DNA of 64,000 bases, taken from the NCBI GenBank assembly GCA_951406725.2, contig OX597815.1, positions 163,742,001-163,806,000 of the forward strand, in the 5' to 3' direction. Both the position numbers and the translations under genes were made by a program. A model generated the notes under the pieces. The model did not search any database. It was not told the DNA's origin and was given only the letters and a program-made list of their open reading frames with translations. The number at the start of each line of letters is the position of its first letter. Position 1 is the first letter of the stretch. Shown piece by piece: positions 43,835 to 58,127 of the stretch. The DNA is from Octopus vulgaris. Taxonomy: Eukaryota.

Positions 43835-44660
43835 TGGTCACTCAAAATACTAGAAAGTGCAAGTAATTTTTCTCATATCGCACTCTACCAAAATCTGTTT
43901 GAAAATGGAAGGACACTTTATCAAACGTAGTCCTTGATACACTATATCTGGAAAAAGTAGATGTGATTGTTACAGCTGGAACGCTTTTGATCCTAGGCCA
44001 GCAACCATAAAATCGTGATAAATGTTAGAAATAGCAAAAACATTTCCCTCGAGTCTCACTCTACCAAAAGGACACTAGATAACGTAGTTCTGGATACACT
44101 ATGTCTGAAAGCAGATAGAAGTGATTGTCACAGCTGGAACGCTTTTGATCATAAGTCAGCTCCGGCAAGGCCACGCAACCATAAAATCACTGTAAATGCA
44201 AGAAATAGAAGCAAGATAGCCCTCAAATCATACTCTACCAAAATCTTTAAAAAAAAAATGGAAGGACACTGGATAACGTGGCTCTAGATACAATATGCCT
44301 GAAAACGGATTGAAGTGATTGTCACAAGTGGAACTCTTTTGATCATGCTCTTGCAAGACTAAGCAACAACACGGTTACAACCCACTTTAAGGAAACTACA
44401 CCAAGCACCAACAGGAAGAACCATTCCTCAATATGAACTGTTAATCGGTAGTTGGACACGTTTGAAGTAGCATAAAAATCTCTCTCAAATCACACTGAAC
44501 CGTAATCTTAAAAAAAGACGAATGACACATTAGTTAATGTTACCCTAGAAACATTATGCGTGGAAAAAAATTCGGGATGGTCTCGACTGGAATGTCTTTT
44601 CTTTATTATAGTTGATCTTAGCTCGATCAAAACCTGACCTAGAGTTAAACAACACAAACA
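43835..44660 (+). repeat. Three to four degenerate tandem copies of an old ~150-190-bp repeat
   Basis: Recurrent CACTCTACCAAAA...GGACACT.GATAACGTAG..CT.GATACACTAT...GTGATTGTCACAGCTGGAACGCTTTTGATC. Confidence 0.75.
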
Positions 44661-44889
44661 ACCAAATTTAATATCTTTCAGGCAGTGGAATATAAAACTT
44701 TTTTATAACTTTTCGATCGTATATTAAGGAAACTAGCTCTGGGTTTTATTTTCTAGTGAGCACGTCCGGATTCTGTTGCTTCATTAACTAAAAAATAGTC
44801 CTTTTCACCATTCTACGTTAATATCTTGGAGTTGCAGACGTATGTGGCTAACATAGAAAAGGTTATTGAACGTCGCTTCATTTTGTATA

Positions 44890-44927
<38 letters not shown>

Positions 44928-44939
44928 TCATGCATACAG

Positions 44940-45171
44940 ATGTGTGCATGTACATGTGTATACAGATATGTGTATATGAGCGTAGGTGTGTAAATAGAGA
45001 TGATATACGTATGTATATATATATGTACGTATGTAGATATGTATATATGCATATGTATATATATATATTCAAACTTATTTAGCCATAAGACACTTTGAAA
45101 TGTGTGCATGTACATGTGTATACAAATGTGTGTATATGCGCGTACGTGTGTAAATAGAGATGATATACGTA

Positions 45172-45206
<35 letters not shown>

Positions 45207-45275
45207 GTATATATATATATGTATATATATATGTATATATATATATGTATATATGTATATATATATATATGTATG

Positions 45276-45310
<35 letters not shown>

Positions 45311-45311
45311 G

Positions 45312-45365
<54 letters not shown>

Positions 45366-45445
45366 TATATATGTATATATATATATGCATATGTGTATAT
45401 ATATTTATAAATTCAAACTTATTTAGCCATAAGACACTTTGAAAT
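44940..45445. repeat. Tandem duplication with unequal internal microsatellite length
   Basis: Unit ATGTGTGCATGTACATG...TTCAAACTTATTTAGCCATAAGACACTTTGAAATG at ~44940-45100 and ~45100-45445. Confidence 0.85.
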
Positions 45446-45944
45446 GCTGTGGTAACTATATTTCTATTGCTTATGTGCAATATGTCTACTTGTCAATTCG
45501 TGATTCACTCTGCAATGCTTCTGTTTTCAATACGCTACATTCAGTATTATAATACTGGAATGTCTACATACTTAGATTTATTGGTTTAGATTCAGCTTCA
45601 TGTATAGCGTTAATTTGGCGATTTAAGATATGTCACGCCATATGTTACAAGAGCTTTGGACAAATTGTGTCAAACATTTCATTGTCCAAGCTAATATAGT
45701 GTCCTCCGCGTTACTTAGCATGTTACTTTCTCTTTTTCTTTCTTGCTTTCCTTTTTTCTCTCTTATTTTTTTTTATATTTCTTTCTTTCTTTCCTTTCTT
45801 GTTTCTTCTTTTTCTTTTTTCTTTCTTTCGTTTCTTCTTTCTTTTTTCGTTTTTTTTTTCTTTCTTTCTTTTGTTTTGCAGTAGACGTTAGGCTATATGG
45901 GCGATCGAAATATTCGATCGTAAAATAGATATGATTTATGTGTG

Positions 45945-46005
<61 letters not shown>

Positions 46006-46022
46006 GTGTATATGTATGTATG

Positions 46023-46090
<68 letters not shown>

Positions 46091-46389
46091 GTAGCCTTCT
46101 CTTTCTCTTAAGTTATTGCAATTTTTTCTTTTTCTTCTTCGAAATCTCTTTTTTGAAACTGTTGATCGTTAAAAAAAATGCAAACAAAATGGTGTGTCCG
46201 CGGAAATTCGTCGAGGTCTGCGTCTGGATAAATTCTATATTAAAATGTTTGCAAATTTGAATAACTTCGCATGCCATGAGAAAAAAAAAACAGAGGAAAG
46301 AAATATACGTATGTTTATCTAAGCATGACTTTGGGAGGTTTTTTTTTACGAAATTATTACCATTTATTAATAATTCTTTATAATCTTGG

Positions 46390-46590
46390 CATAAGACCAG
46401 CATTTCTGAGGGAGGGGCAAATCAATTACATCTACCCTAGTATTTGAGTGGTTCTTATTTTATCGACCCCGAAAAGATGAAAGACAAAGCCGGTCTCGGG
46501 GGAATTTGAGCTCAGAACATAAAGAGCGAGAAAAAATGTCGATAAGCATTTTTGTCTGATGCGTTAACGATTCTGCCAGCTCACGGCTTT
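46390..46590 (-). mobile_element. SINE-B short-tail copy, diverged
   Basis: TTTTATCGACCCCGAAAAGATGAAAG core and head remnant. Confidence 0.75.
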
Positions 46591-46740
46591 GCCATTTATC
46601 AATAATAATAGTCACATACCGTATATACCCAAGCAATTTTCGATTTCAGTTTAAAATAAACCGCTAATATGTGGCAAGAAAACTCGTAATTTTTCACCTA
46701 ACTCCAATAAGGTCGACCCTTGAATTTTAGGTTTCTCTTA

Positions 46741-47311
46741 TATTGGGTTATCCAGAAAGTTCGTGCCGATTTATAGTAGCTTACTTTTCGAATTATTTTA
46801 GAACATGTTTGAGTCCATAAAGTAGGATTTGACCACACCATTTAGAGCACAGTTTAGGCTATCTTTTCATGGAAGAAGGTTTATGTTCCTCTAACCTGTG
46901 TTAATTCTGTAGCCCTTTAAAATGAAAGATAAGAAAGTTCACTTTCGGCACTTGATGCTTTTCTTTTTCCGTAAAGGGAAAAATGCCTCACAAGCAACCA
47001 AAGAAATATGCACAGTTTACGGTGATGTTTCTTTATCCGAAAGAACTGTACGGAAGTGTTTCGCAAGGTTCCTAGCAGGAGATTGTGGCCTTATTGATAA
47101 AGAGCGATCGGGGAGACCATCCACTACAGATGATGACCAAATCAAGTCATTAATTTAGAATAACCCACATTGCACAACCCGATAATTGGCAGAAAACCTC
47201 AACCTACCAAAATCCGTCGTTTATGAGCACCTGGTAAAGCTTGGGTAATGGGAAGTATTAACCTTTTTCATTCCTTTAAAAATCGGCACGAACATTCCGG
47301 ACAACCCAATA
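46741..47311 (+). mobile_element. Internally deleted mariner with both TIRs and TA TSD
   Basis: TATTGGGTTATCCAGAAAGTTCGTGCCGATTT and AAATCGGCACGAACATTCCGGACAACCCAATA; ORF 46922-47158 encodes the mariner N-terminal HTH (HFRHLMLFFFRKGKNA...RSGRP). Confidence 0.92.
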
Positions 47312-49426
47312 TAAAACTTAGTATACTGTAGTGCATCATTATAAGAACAACTTGACCTATACTTTCTGGTAGTCAAAGTTTAAGCACACATTTCAGTTAA
47401 CAAATCTAGTGATAGAAGGAAAAACTAATGAAAAATTTTAGTTGCACAGATCTTCCGCAACGTGACACTACATGTTGTTGCTAGAGCGAATTGACAGTGG
47501 TAGGGATTTATGAATGAGCTTTATAGCAACACGTATGTTATGATGCAGAGAACCATACGTACATTACCACAGATCTCTGGAGTTTTGTTTTGTAATGATT
47601 TGTACATAAATTAGGCTTTTGCTAATTAAAATTTCCATCGAAATTAAACATGAATTTCACTGCCAGAAAAAAGTAGTGTCTACATAAATCCTTAAATTCA
47701 GCTTTATAAAATGGTCTGTGAAACTCTTCTTTTACCTGAGTGTATACAGGATATGTTCCTTGTTATTTTTGCTTTTGTTTTTTACATCATCAGTTTGTGA
47801 GAATGATCCTTGATGATTTCTTAGATAGGTACTATGCACTTTCATTGGATTTTCCTAGTTTGATGCTGTCTTGCCTTTTGTTTGACCATGAATAGATATG
47901 TATCATGCTTTGGCTCATTGCTTCAGGCGCCAATGTAGTTGTGGGGTAAGGGGCTCTGAAAAGAGCAGCTGCACTTGGTGTCTCACAGCAGCACCTTGCT
48001 AGGGATGATCAGGTGGACAGCTATCACTTGTCTTCATAAAACACCTACACTCTCATTCGATGGCTCCTAGCGACACACTACACTTCATGTATTTTAATAT
48101 TTCTTTAACATGATACCATCTTGTCAGTTATGGCCATTTCTGAGAGAGCTAAAGAGAGAAAGAAAAAGAGTGGGGCAAAGAGAAAGAGGGAAAATGAGAG
48201 AGAGTGGAAGAAAAGGGAGAAGAATCAACTTCAGTACTTCATTGATGATTTGTGTATCGACTCCATAAGGAATGGATTAAGTTGATCTAGGTAGGATTTG
48301 AACTCAGATTGCTGTGAACTGGAACAAATATGGCAAAGCATTCGAATCAATGCTCTAATGATTTTCCAATTTTTTGTTCTTCATATGTATTTTGAGAATT
48401 CTGGAAAAACTTTCATTTATTTGATAGCTATTTCATATCACACCCATTTAGTTTCATTCGAATATTTATTTATTGCAAATGATGCATTCGCTCTTCATTT
48501 TTGTGTAAATAATTAAAAACTTTCGTCAATAATGCTGGCTTTGAAATATATATAATCATACACTACATAACACATAACTTTGAAATGGTTCATTCTAAGC
48601 AGAGTCACGTCCTTATGATTACAATTCATTGATGTATTATTTCCCAATGTGCTTCAAATTACTTTATAAACAATTGTAAATAACATAGATCCTTTTGAAT
48701 TTAGACATCACATAGATCTAGTCGTAAAAAAGAAACTTCATCGACTTATCTTCCATAAATCATCTGAAAGAAGAACAGAGACTCTAATCTTGGATTGAAG
48801 GATCGATAGATACTAATATCACTAAAGTTTTCTTTTCATATTTCATTGCCAGACTTACCAACTATATTTGGTTTGACTTCCATTGTTTATTCTAAGAGAC
48901 TGGTATTTTCTCAATGTCTGAAGAATTATCTTTATACTGCAACAGCCAATACTTGTGTATATAACTTGTAGCCATCAACAATTTCTTTGTCTCGTGTATT
49001 TAGTAGAGATGTGGAATAACTAATAACCTAGTTCCCTGCAAACACACTTTTGCCAAGTTTAAAAGTACTTCTTTCTGAAGTATCTCATTGCAAAGACCAA
49101 TAACACAAAAATAACAAACATACTGTTTAGTCAATAAACTTTGGCTCTCATCAGTACAGTACAACTTGTGTAAATTCAGTTAAAGAATTGCTCAAGGAAA
49201 TATTTTTATATTTTCCCGTTTGAAAGGAATTTGAATCTTTGAATATCTCCATTATTGCACTCTATGTGTACTCTAAAGAGCCAGATGTTTTCTTAAAGAT
49301 GAATAGCTACACCCGAGTGGGCGCACGCGCACACACAAGCATACACACACACAAACACACACACATATATGCAAGCTTCATATGTAAATATACATACATA
49401 CATACATACACATATATGTATATATG

Positions 49427-49508
<82 letters not shown>

Positions 49509-49605
49509 GAGATAGATAGATATACATATATAGATATATATATATATATATATATATAGATAGATAGATAGATATACATATATAGATATATATATATATA
49601 TATAT

Positions 49606-49683
<78 letters not shown>

Positions 49684-50132
49684 GTGTGTGTGTATATATT
49701 ATATAAAACAATATATGCATATGTAATATATGAAAGTATGTATGCACATAAACATATGCATGAACATATACACTGATCGTATGACTCAAGACGGAGAGTA
49801 AAGACAAATTCAGTGTAAAGACTCAGCAAAATTGATCTTCACAGTATGGATGTATATGTAATGTATGTCCATGTATGCATATATGTATATAATATGTGTG
49901 TGTGTGTATGTGTGTGCATGTGTATGTGTATGTATGCGCAAACACGTCCAATCACGCTTTCACGCGCACACACATACACACATGCATGTTCAGCATATGA
50001 AGACACAGTAATTGTACGCACGCCCGTCTCTTGTGAGTTGCAAGGATGCTGGTATGTAGGTATGACGTGTCCAGGCACTAAAACTTAGGAGCCACTCTTT
50101 CCGCCTAGATCTTGTGATTATTGTTGTTGTTG

Positions 50133-50191
<59 letters not shown>

Positions 50192-50747
50192 GAGTGAGAG
50201 AACAGTGCATGCCATGAAAGTGACACTGGGGTAAAATATACGAAGCCCAGTATACCCATCATGACTACTCGTCTGATTAGGGTACACTAGGCGTATGCGT
50301 CACAACCATGTGTGCGCAACATGGTGATCTCATATCAAGATAAACAGCGCATGACCTTGCAGGTAGGGTCCACTTAGAATTTTCTTCTGGTCGAGTAGCC
50401 CATACCGCTCAAAAGGTCCCTGAATAAGGATTGTTTAAGGATGTTGAACGAACCACCCACGTTAACAAAGGTGAATTATCCAAACCTCTAAGAATTCCTT
50501 TCAACACACGGCTATGATGCTCCCCAACTACTTCTCCTTGTGATCAGAGATGCACATATCGTCAGCTACTAAGGGACATGGTCAACTGGTTAAGGTCAAA
50601 CAACTGACAAGCAAATCTGTGGTATTGTGCAGAATATTAGCTGTAGCCCATCTTTTATACCTAAAAAAAAAACAATGTACATGATAACACTTCCAACCAG
50701 TTAAGATCAGAAGCCACGAGAGCCACTGTCTGGTACTGTATCAGGGA
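50192..50747 (-). mobile_element. Second copy of the ~560-bp TAA-embedded element
   Basis: Reverse-complement homologue of 18372-18930; (TTA)n on both sides. Confidence 0.88.
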
Positions 50748-50961
50748 ATTTATTATTATTATTATCATCATCATCATTATTATTATTATTAATATTATTA
50801 TTCTTAAAGTTGAAATTAAAAGAAGAGTGCCATTGTCATTAAGAGAACGATATTTCGACATCTTGTGTGTCTTCAACAGGTTCAAAAATAATTTTGTCAA
50901 TTTACTTCATTTTCGTATATAAAGGATTGAGGTAACTCAATTATTATTATCATTATTATTA

Positions 50962-51090
<129 letters not shown>

Positions 51091-51909
51091 TAGTCGCTTT
51101 AACCGTGCTTTCCTCCTGTCTGTAGTTGCTCCTCTTATCGTTAAATATTTTCCTCTTTACAGATTTTTGTAAAATATTTTGTGCATTTTGTTGCGGAGCT
51201 AACTTAAACCTTGAGACTCTGGTTGTTCCTGAGGGGCTAAAATAACTTCAAAAACTTTTCTTCCCCCAAAATATCGGAACTTATTGAAAATATTGAGCTC
51301 AATAACGAATTCGAGTGCCAGCCAGTAAAGCGGTTGCTGTCCCTGAAGGTGCGCTCTTCAAAAAGAGAAAATGCTGGAGAAGTAGTTGTTGAGATGTCCA
51401 TTGAGGAGAGAAGAAGTGACAATAGCCAAAATAGGAAAAGTTTGTAAAACAAGCACACAGCAAGCAACAGCAACATAACAAAAACAATATGAAAAAGAAA
51501 TAACATTTCCAGTAATGACAACACCACCAACAAAATATTATTCCCTTCCTAACCATAAATTTGGTGAGGAAGGAAAGAAAGTTATTTTGGCTGTACAAGA
51601 GGCATATAAATCAATATACAGAGCTAAAATTTAAACAGGTAGAAGAGCCAAATTAAAAACAGGTGTTTGAAATTCGTTTTCCCAATCAACATTTACTTGT
51701 CATGGGAACGGTCGAGGTCAGATATTTGTTTCTGAGAGGAGACTGAACAGATCGATCCACAGCACTTTTAGAATTGAGGAATTAGTTCTCGTATGCTGAT
51801 ACCAAGGCTGACGTATGATGAAGAGGATGGTGGTGTATGATGTACTTGAAATAATATTCTTCTGACTGGAGGCTGCCGTCTTGGTCTACTTTTGAGATGA
51901 AATTAAGAT

Positions 51910-52107
51910 ACTTATTTCTTTACTACCTACAAGGGGCTAAACACAGAGGAGACAAACAAGGACAGTGCGTAACTGGTACTTAATTTATCGTACCCTAAAG
52001 GATGAAAGGCAAAGTCGACCTCGGCGAAATTTGAACTCAGAACGTAACGAAATATCGTTAAGCATTTCGCCCGACGTGCTAACGTTTCTGACAGCTCGCC
52101 ACCCTTA
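51910..52107 (-). mobile_element. SINE-B long-tail copy with TSD
   Basis: ATTAAGATACT on both flanks. Confidence 0.8.
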
Positions 52108-53821
52108 TTAAGATACTAGAAATTAAGATACTAGAGTTGCACAAGTTGAACATCGAAAACTGGTTGGGGGATAATGACAGAACTCTTAATCCAGGTGGAT
52201 GAGTCGGACACGAAGTAATCCCTGATATGGTTGTCCTGTTGGATATTTTTTGTTTGTGGCGGCAGAGAGCAAAAGGTGATGTCCCCTGTATGGGACATCA
52301 CCAACTAAGAGTCTTCAAGTGAAATAAGGAAAACCCATGCTGCTGTCAACACGACAACAACTACAACACCAGCAGCATCAGTAGTTGTACAACTATAGCA
52401 GGGGTAGTAATAGCAACTTCAATAAGAAAGCAGCATTATCAACAACACCATCACAAGTAACATCAAAAGCAGTAATAGAAGCATCCACAGAGGTAGCAGC
52501 AGCAGTGATGTCGAAGCTGCTGGGGGATTTTAGAACCTACCTTGACGGTAGGAACTTGGGCAGTGTTGCGAAAAGTCGAAAGCATCATGTCAGTTTTAGA
52601 TGGTGACAAGGAGTTGTACGAACAGCAAAACACTTGGTTTGGATAGTTTTCCCTACAAGCTTTAGGTATCTATGTCAGACTCTTTCGCCGACGTCTTGGT
52701 TCACATCTATTGCAATTGGCAACAGAACTTGAGAATTCAAATTCCAGTTCCAAAAGGATGACATTGCAGGGAAAAGACCCGAATGAAAGAATATTAATTA
52801 ATAATTTTAAACCTATGACTCTGCTGAACACAGAATTGAAGATTCAGGCCAGAGTGTTAGCAAAATGACTGACTCTTGTTAATGTTTTGGTAGGGAAGAC
52901 ATAGAGCTTCACCTCATACAATACATCATTGAGTTGATTGCTTCGGATCAATGGAAAGCTATCGATTGGATCGGCTCTCGCTATTTGGCTGCTGTAGTCA
53001 AAGCAATTGGCTTCAGTCCCGTTTTTAGAGGTTGAATCGCTTTATTCCTCGGTGATTAAAGTAAATGACCAGCTATCGGGATCTTTTCTCATGGCTGTCT
53101 CCTCCCAGTTATTTCCCCATGGCTGTCTTCTCTCGGTTGTTTCATTATCACCGTCCCCTCTCATCTAAGCTAGTTGTGCTTCCAGTGTGAGAATGCCCGC
53201 TTTGTGACAAACACAGCAGACACAGAAGTACCATCAGCCGAGATGTGCGTAGAGTAACAAAACCGATTTGTACACACTCGTTCAATGCCCAAATTCGGCT
53301 ACTGACCGGGTCCATCTTCAAGATCGACACTGATATCTTTTGGTCTCGAAATGCAGTCAAATATTTCCTCTGTCTAGTGAGGAAAGGGGATATGGGCGAA
53401 CGAAACCGAAAGGACTAAAGACAGACTCTTTCCACTATGGTAAATTCTGCAACAATTATATATAGTTTGCCCTTGAAACAAACTGTATTTGGGTGTGAAA
53501 AGAAGCGATTTTTCCCAGTAGAGTCGCTGAAAGGAGCATGGTAGTGACAAAAGCTCAATCTGGGCATACGTCAGTGAAATGGAAAATGACTGATAGGACA
53601 GGGAAGTTGCCCTTACTGGTCGTGATGATCTAGATTTTGTGAGCTTCTCTTGATTGGCCCTAGGCAGCTGTTCTCAGATTGGGGAATCGTGTTTACTGAA
53701 ATTTCTTTGTTACATGTGTTTATTCTATATAGTTTTTGCATTTTTACTTAAGCCCCACCATTATATATGCATCTCGTATTTTAGTACTGCCCTCTTTTCT
53801 TTGAGCTCTTGTGGTTAATAA

Positions 53822-53916
<95 letters not shown>

Positions 53917-53971
53917 TATTATTACTATTGTTGTTGTTGTTGTTGCTGTTATTATTATTATTATTATTATT
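53822..53971. repeat. (ATT)n/(GTT)n microsatellite
   Basis: Read directly from the sequence. Confidence 0.95.
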
Positions 53972-55003
53972 TTCATGCACAATGCATCTAAAAATATATT
54001 AATCCATGAGTCCATCTTTAAAATCGGAGTGTGTCTATGATAGGAGGGATATTTAGCTGCTATTTCTAGCTAGTCGAGTAACTATGTGAATCCCCTCTCC
54101 CAAAATCATCCGATTATACATTGTTATCGTTGATGTTTTAACCCAGATCCACCCTCATAAAGGAAACTTACGAACAAAGAAATACCAGCCTTAAAATCCT
54201 TTGAAGGGTCTTGTAAGAATTTATTATCTAACGTATCATTTCTGTGCCTTAAAATCTAGGATGGGATTTTGGCTGCTATTTCTACTAATTCGACTGGCCA
54301 CATAAAGGCTCCTTCCTTTTGTCCGTTCATATGTAATTTATTATATTGTAAACAATACCATGCTGCATATTCTTGATCCATAGACAACAATATTGGTATA
54401 AACCATTGAAACTATCTTTATTACTAATCATGAAATTATTGGCTGCTATTGTGGATGCACTGAGGTGAAACTGTGCATAATCGACTTCACACAATGTGAA
54501 GGAAGTATCAAATTCAGCTTATATCCAATACTTATCGATTAATATCGAATACAAATAATTGCATATGCTACGTTATTCTTTAGATCTTTTGTGGGGGTTG
54601 CAGCTAGTAGTGGCTGTTGACCCCTCAGACCTGATTTCAGTAGTTAGTATCTCGATTCCATTGCAGGCACCAATGTGGAGTTCAAAGACTAGATGCAGAA
54701 TTCTGGTTTGATCAGTCTTTATAGTTGAGCACTGGGTGCATCCAGCACCAGAGTAGTACGTTTGAATGTGTTCTGTGTTGAAATCGTCCAATGATCAAAT
54801 CTATATAGAAGGCTTCTTCTATACTCGTATATAATAGATAAGCTACATGGAGACGAAGACTACAGTATGCCCCAGCAAGCTAAAGCAGAAACATTGTAAG
54901 CCAGAAAAGAATACATATATGGTTATCTGATTTACTAGAAATAACTACTGAATTTCTTCAAATAATACGTTTCCATATCAGGAGGAAATGATGCATTGGA
55001 TAT

Positions 55004-55315
55004 CACCGTGATCACCGTGACCGACCAGGCTATCAGATGTTCCTACACATCGCTGGTCACAATGCGGTTTGCATTGTTTTAGCCTTCAAGTGACGCCACC
55101 CCGCTGGCTAAGCGAGCAGGCCAACAGAAGAAGGAGTGAGAGAAAGTTGTGGCGAAAGAGTACAGCAGGAATCACCACTACCCCCTGCCGGAGCCTCGTG
55201 GAGCTTTTAGGTGTTTTCGCTCAATAAACACTCACAACACTCGGTCTGGGAATCGAAACCGCGATCCTACAACCGCGAGTCCGCTGCCCTAAACACTGGG
55301 CCATTGCGTCTCCAC
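55004..55315 (-). mobile_element. SINE-A, tail type 3, with TSD
   Basis: SINE-A head with an unrelated tail ending CGGTCACGGTGATCACGGTG; TSD GCATTGGATAT at 54993-55003 and 55316-55326. Confidence 0.9.
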
Positions 55316-55529
55316 GCATTGGATATAGCAGTGCTAAATATACAAAAGAGACGAGGTGATCATAACCGAATAGCCTTTACTAATAACTCTACTCAGTCTA
55401 TATCAAGCTGCAACTAAGTAACAGTAGCGATGACAACGACATCAATAACAATAACAACCTGTAAAACAACAACCACTGCTGCCAGTCCATCAGCTACAAC
55501 AATTAATCAGTTATGAAATAATTAATATT

Positions 55530-56802
55530 GATTTAAAATGTTGGCGCAAGGCCAGCAATTTTGGGGCAGGATGTAAGTCGATAGCATCGTCTCCAGTGTA
55601 CAACTGGCGCTTATTTTATCAACCCCGAAAGGATGAGAAGCAGTCGACCTGAAGTTGAACTCATAACGTAACGACAGACATAATACCTATTTCTTTACTA
55701 CCCACAAGGGGCTAAACACAGAGAGGGCAAACAAGGACAGACAAACGGATTAAGTCGATTACATTGACCCCAGTGCGTATCTGGTAATTACTCGTATTTA
55801 ATCGATCCCGAAAGGATGAAAGGCAAAGTCGACCTCGGCGGAATTTGAACTCAGAACGTAGCGGCAGACGAAATACCGCTAAGCATTTTCCCCCGCGTGC
55901 TAAAGATTTGGCCGGCTCACCGCCATATGAAATAAGTAATATTGGTTTCAAATTTTGATACAAGGCCAGCAATTGTGAGGGAGAGTGCAAGTCGATTACA
56001 TCGACCCCAGTGCTCAACTGGTACTTATTTTATCAATCTCGAAAGGATGAAAGGCAAGGTCGAACCCGGCGGCATTTGAACTGAGAACGTAAAGCCGGTA
56101 GTAATACTGCTAAGCAATTTCTCCGGCGCGGTAACAATTCTACCAGCTTGTTGCCCTATGAAATAATTAATATTAGGGGTGAAATAAGAATCAATCAACA
56201 TAGGGCATACATAATCATTTCTACAATAGGTACAAGGCCTTAAACCTCAGGGGAGGGAGACAGGGGATTACATTAACCCCAGTACTCAACTGGTACTTAT
56301 TTTATCGACCCCAAAAGGATGAAAGTCAAAGTCGACCTCTGCAGAATTTTTAACTCAGAACGTGAAGACAGATAAAATACCTATTTCTATTTCTTTACTA
56401 CCCACGATGGGCTAAACACAGAGAGGACGAACAAGGCCAGACAAACGGATTAAGTCGATTATATCTACCCCAGTGCGTAACTGATACTTAATTTATCGAC
56501 CCCGAAAGGATGAAAGGCAAAGTCGACCTCGGCGGAATTTGAACTCAGACCGTAGTGGCAGACGAAATACCTATTTCTTTACTACCCAAAAGGGGCTAAA
56601 TACAGAGAGGACAAACAAGGACAGACAAACGGATTAAGTCGATTATATCGACCCCAGTGCGTAACTGGTACTTATTTAATCGACCCCGAAAGGATGAAAA
56701 GCAAAGTCGATCTCGGCGGAATTTGAACTCAGAACGTAACGGCAGATGAAATACGGCTACGCATATCGCCCGGCGTGCTAACATTTCTCCCAGCTCGCCA
56801 CA
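55530..56802 (-). mobile_element. Array of six SINE-B units, several nested or headless
   Basis: Repeated GAAAGGATGAAAGGCAAAGTCGAC-type cores at ~55626, 55810, 56041, 56314, 56504 and 56688. Confidence 0.9.
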
Positions 56803-57984
56803 TTTCATAGGGCGTACATAATGACATGGCAAATTGACACTGGTTCGATTCTAAGTTGCAGTAAATACAGCAAGTATTTCTACAAATCAGTTAGTTTATC
56901 AAATTCAGTTTTTAATTTCTTAATTTATATCGCTCGAGCGTTTTTGTGAAATTTAGCATTTTGTATTATAATTTTTTTTAAATCTATTTATACGAGTGTT
57001 AATACACGGGATACTTTTATCCACCTAAAGAAGTAAGGTGAAGAGTTTCATGTCTTTGGCATGTATATGAAGTGAAATTATGTCAACGTCTCATTTACAA
57101 GAGACGTTGATGGAGTTTAACTTTCTGGACTTCAAAGAATCACATTTCTGTTCAAACGTTATCTTTTATTCCTTTGTAAAATAGCAGAAGACTGGCAAGC
57201 ACTGTAGAACGCTAGACTAAATGTTTTATACAGTTTAGCATTGTCCTTTTTTCATTCTAACTTAAAGGGCGGATTTTGCTTCTTTTTTTTTTGTCTCAGG
57301 GTCTATAAGTAAAGTATACTGCAATTGATTAAATTGTCTTTAACTTTTCCTTTGGGTGGCGAATTAACAGATACAAGTCTTCTTGTTGTAGTTGATTTGG
57401 TTCTATGCTTCTGGAATTCAAATCACAAAAGGACCAACTTTAATAAAACAAGGTTTTGTAAATAAAGTATCAGCCAAAAAGGTGAGGGCAATTCTTTTCT
57501 CTGTTCGTTCTGTCACTCTAAGAATGACATGTAACCAACAAGGTGTCATGTAATACAAACTAAAGAAAAAAAGTAAAAGTACCGACACTAAGAAGGCAAC
57601 GGGGTAACAACTCTGTATTATCGGACAAATAATCCTTGACAAATATATATGCTTGTCAAAGTCCCCATGGGGGTTCTGCCGACCTGACGGCATCAGAAAT
57701 GAAGAACTTAAACCTACAAATGTGCGTCAAATTTAGAAATCCTTATATTTCTTGATGTAATACATTATATTTTTTGGTGTAATTATGTTTCTCAGTTGTT
57801 GTTGTTGTTGTTGTTGTTACGTAATATGGATCCCCAAACAAGTAGAATTGTTATCAAAGTTGATCCAACTTTTACCATATCATCTTTTCTAAAGACACAA
57901 ATTGTCTAGAATTATAACATCTAACATGTCTTTTCTTTATTTTTTAAAGATTATGTGTTTGAATTAGAGGAGATAAGACTGTTA

Positions 57985-58127
57985 CAGTCGTGGCCAAATG
58001 TTTGGAACATAGGTCTGAAAATTAGAATTTTTATATTAAATACCAAAAATTATATTTGAATCTAATTATACTTGAGCATTAGAATTTCAATTTTCAAAAA
58101 AATGTTCCAAACTTTTGGCCACGATTC
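57985..58127. mobile_element. Tc1-type MITE (~143 bp)
   Basis: TA|CAGTCGTGGCCAAATGTTTGGAACAT ... ATGTTCCAAACTTTTGGCCACGATTC|TA. Confidence 0.85.

Noticed and set aside
52275-52302. Perfect 11-bp hairpin GGTGATGTCCC/GGGACATCACC
   Set aside because: Single copy with no context to assign a function.
52600-53700. Possible decayed Gypsy gag/protease (FKIDT-like)
   Set aside because: Too degenerate; no continuous frame or LTR recognised.
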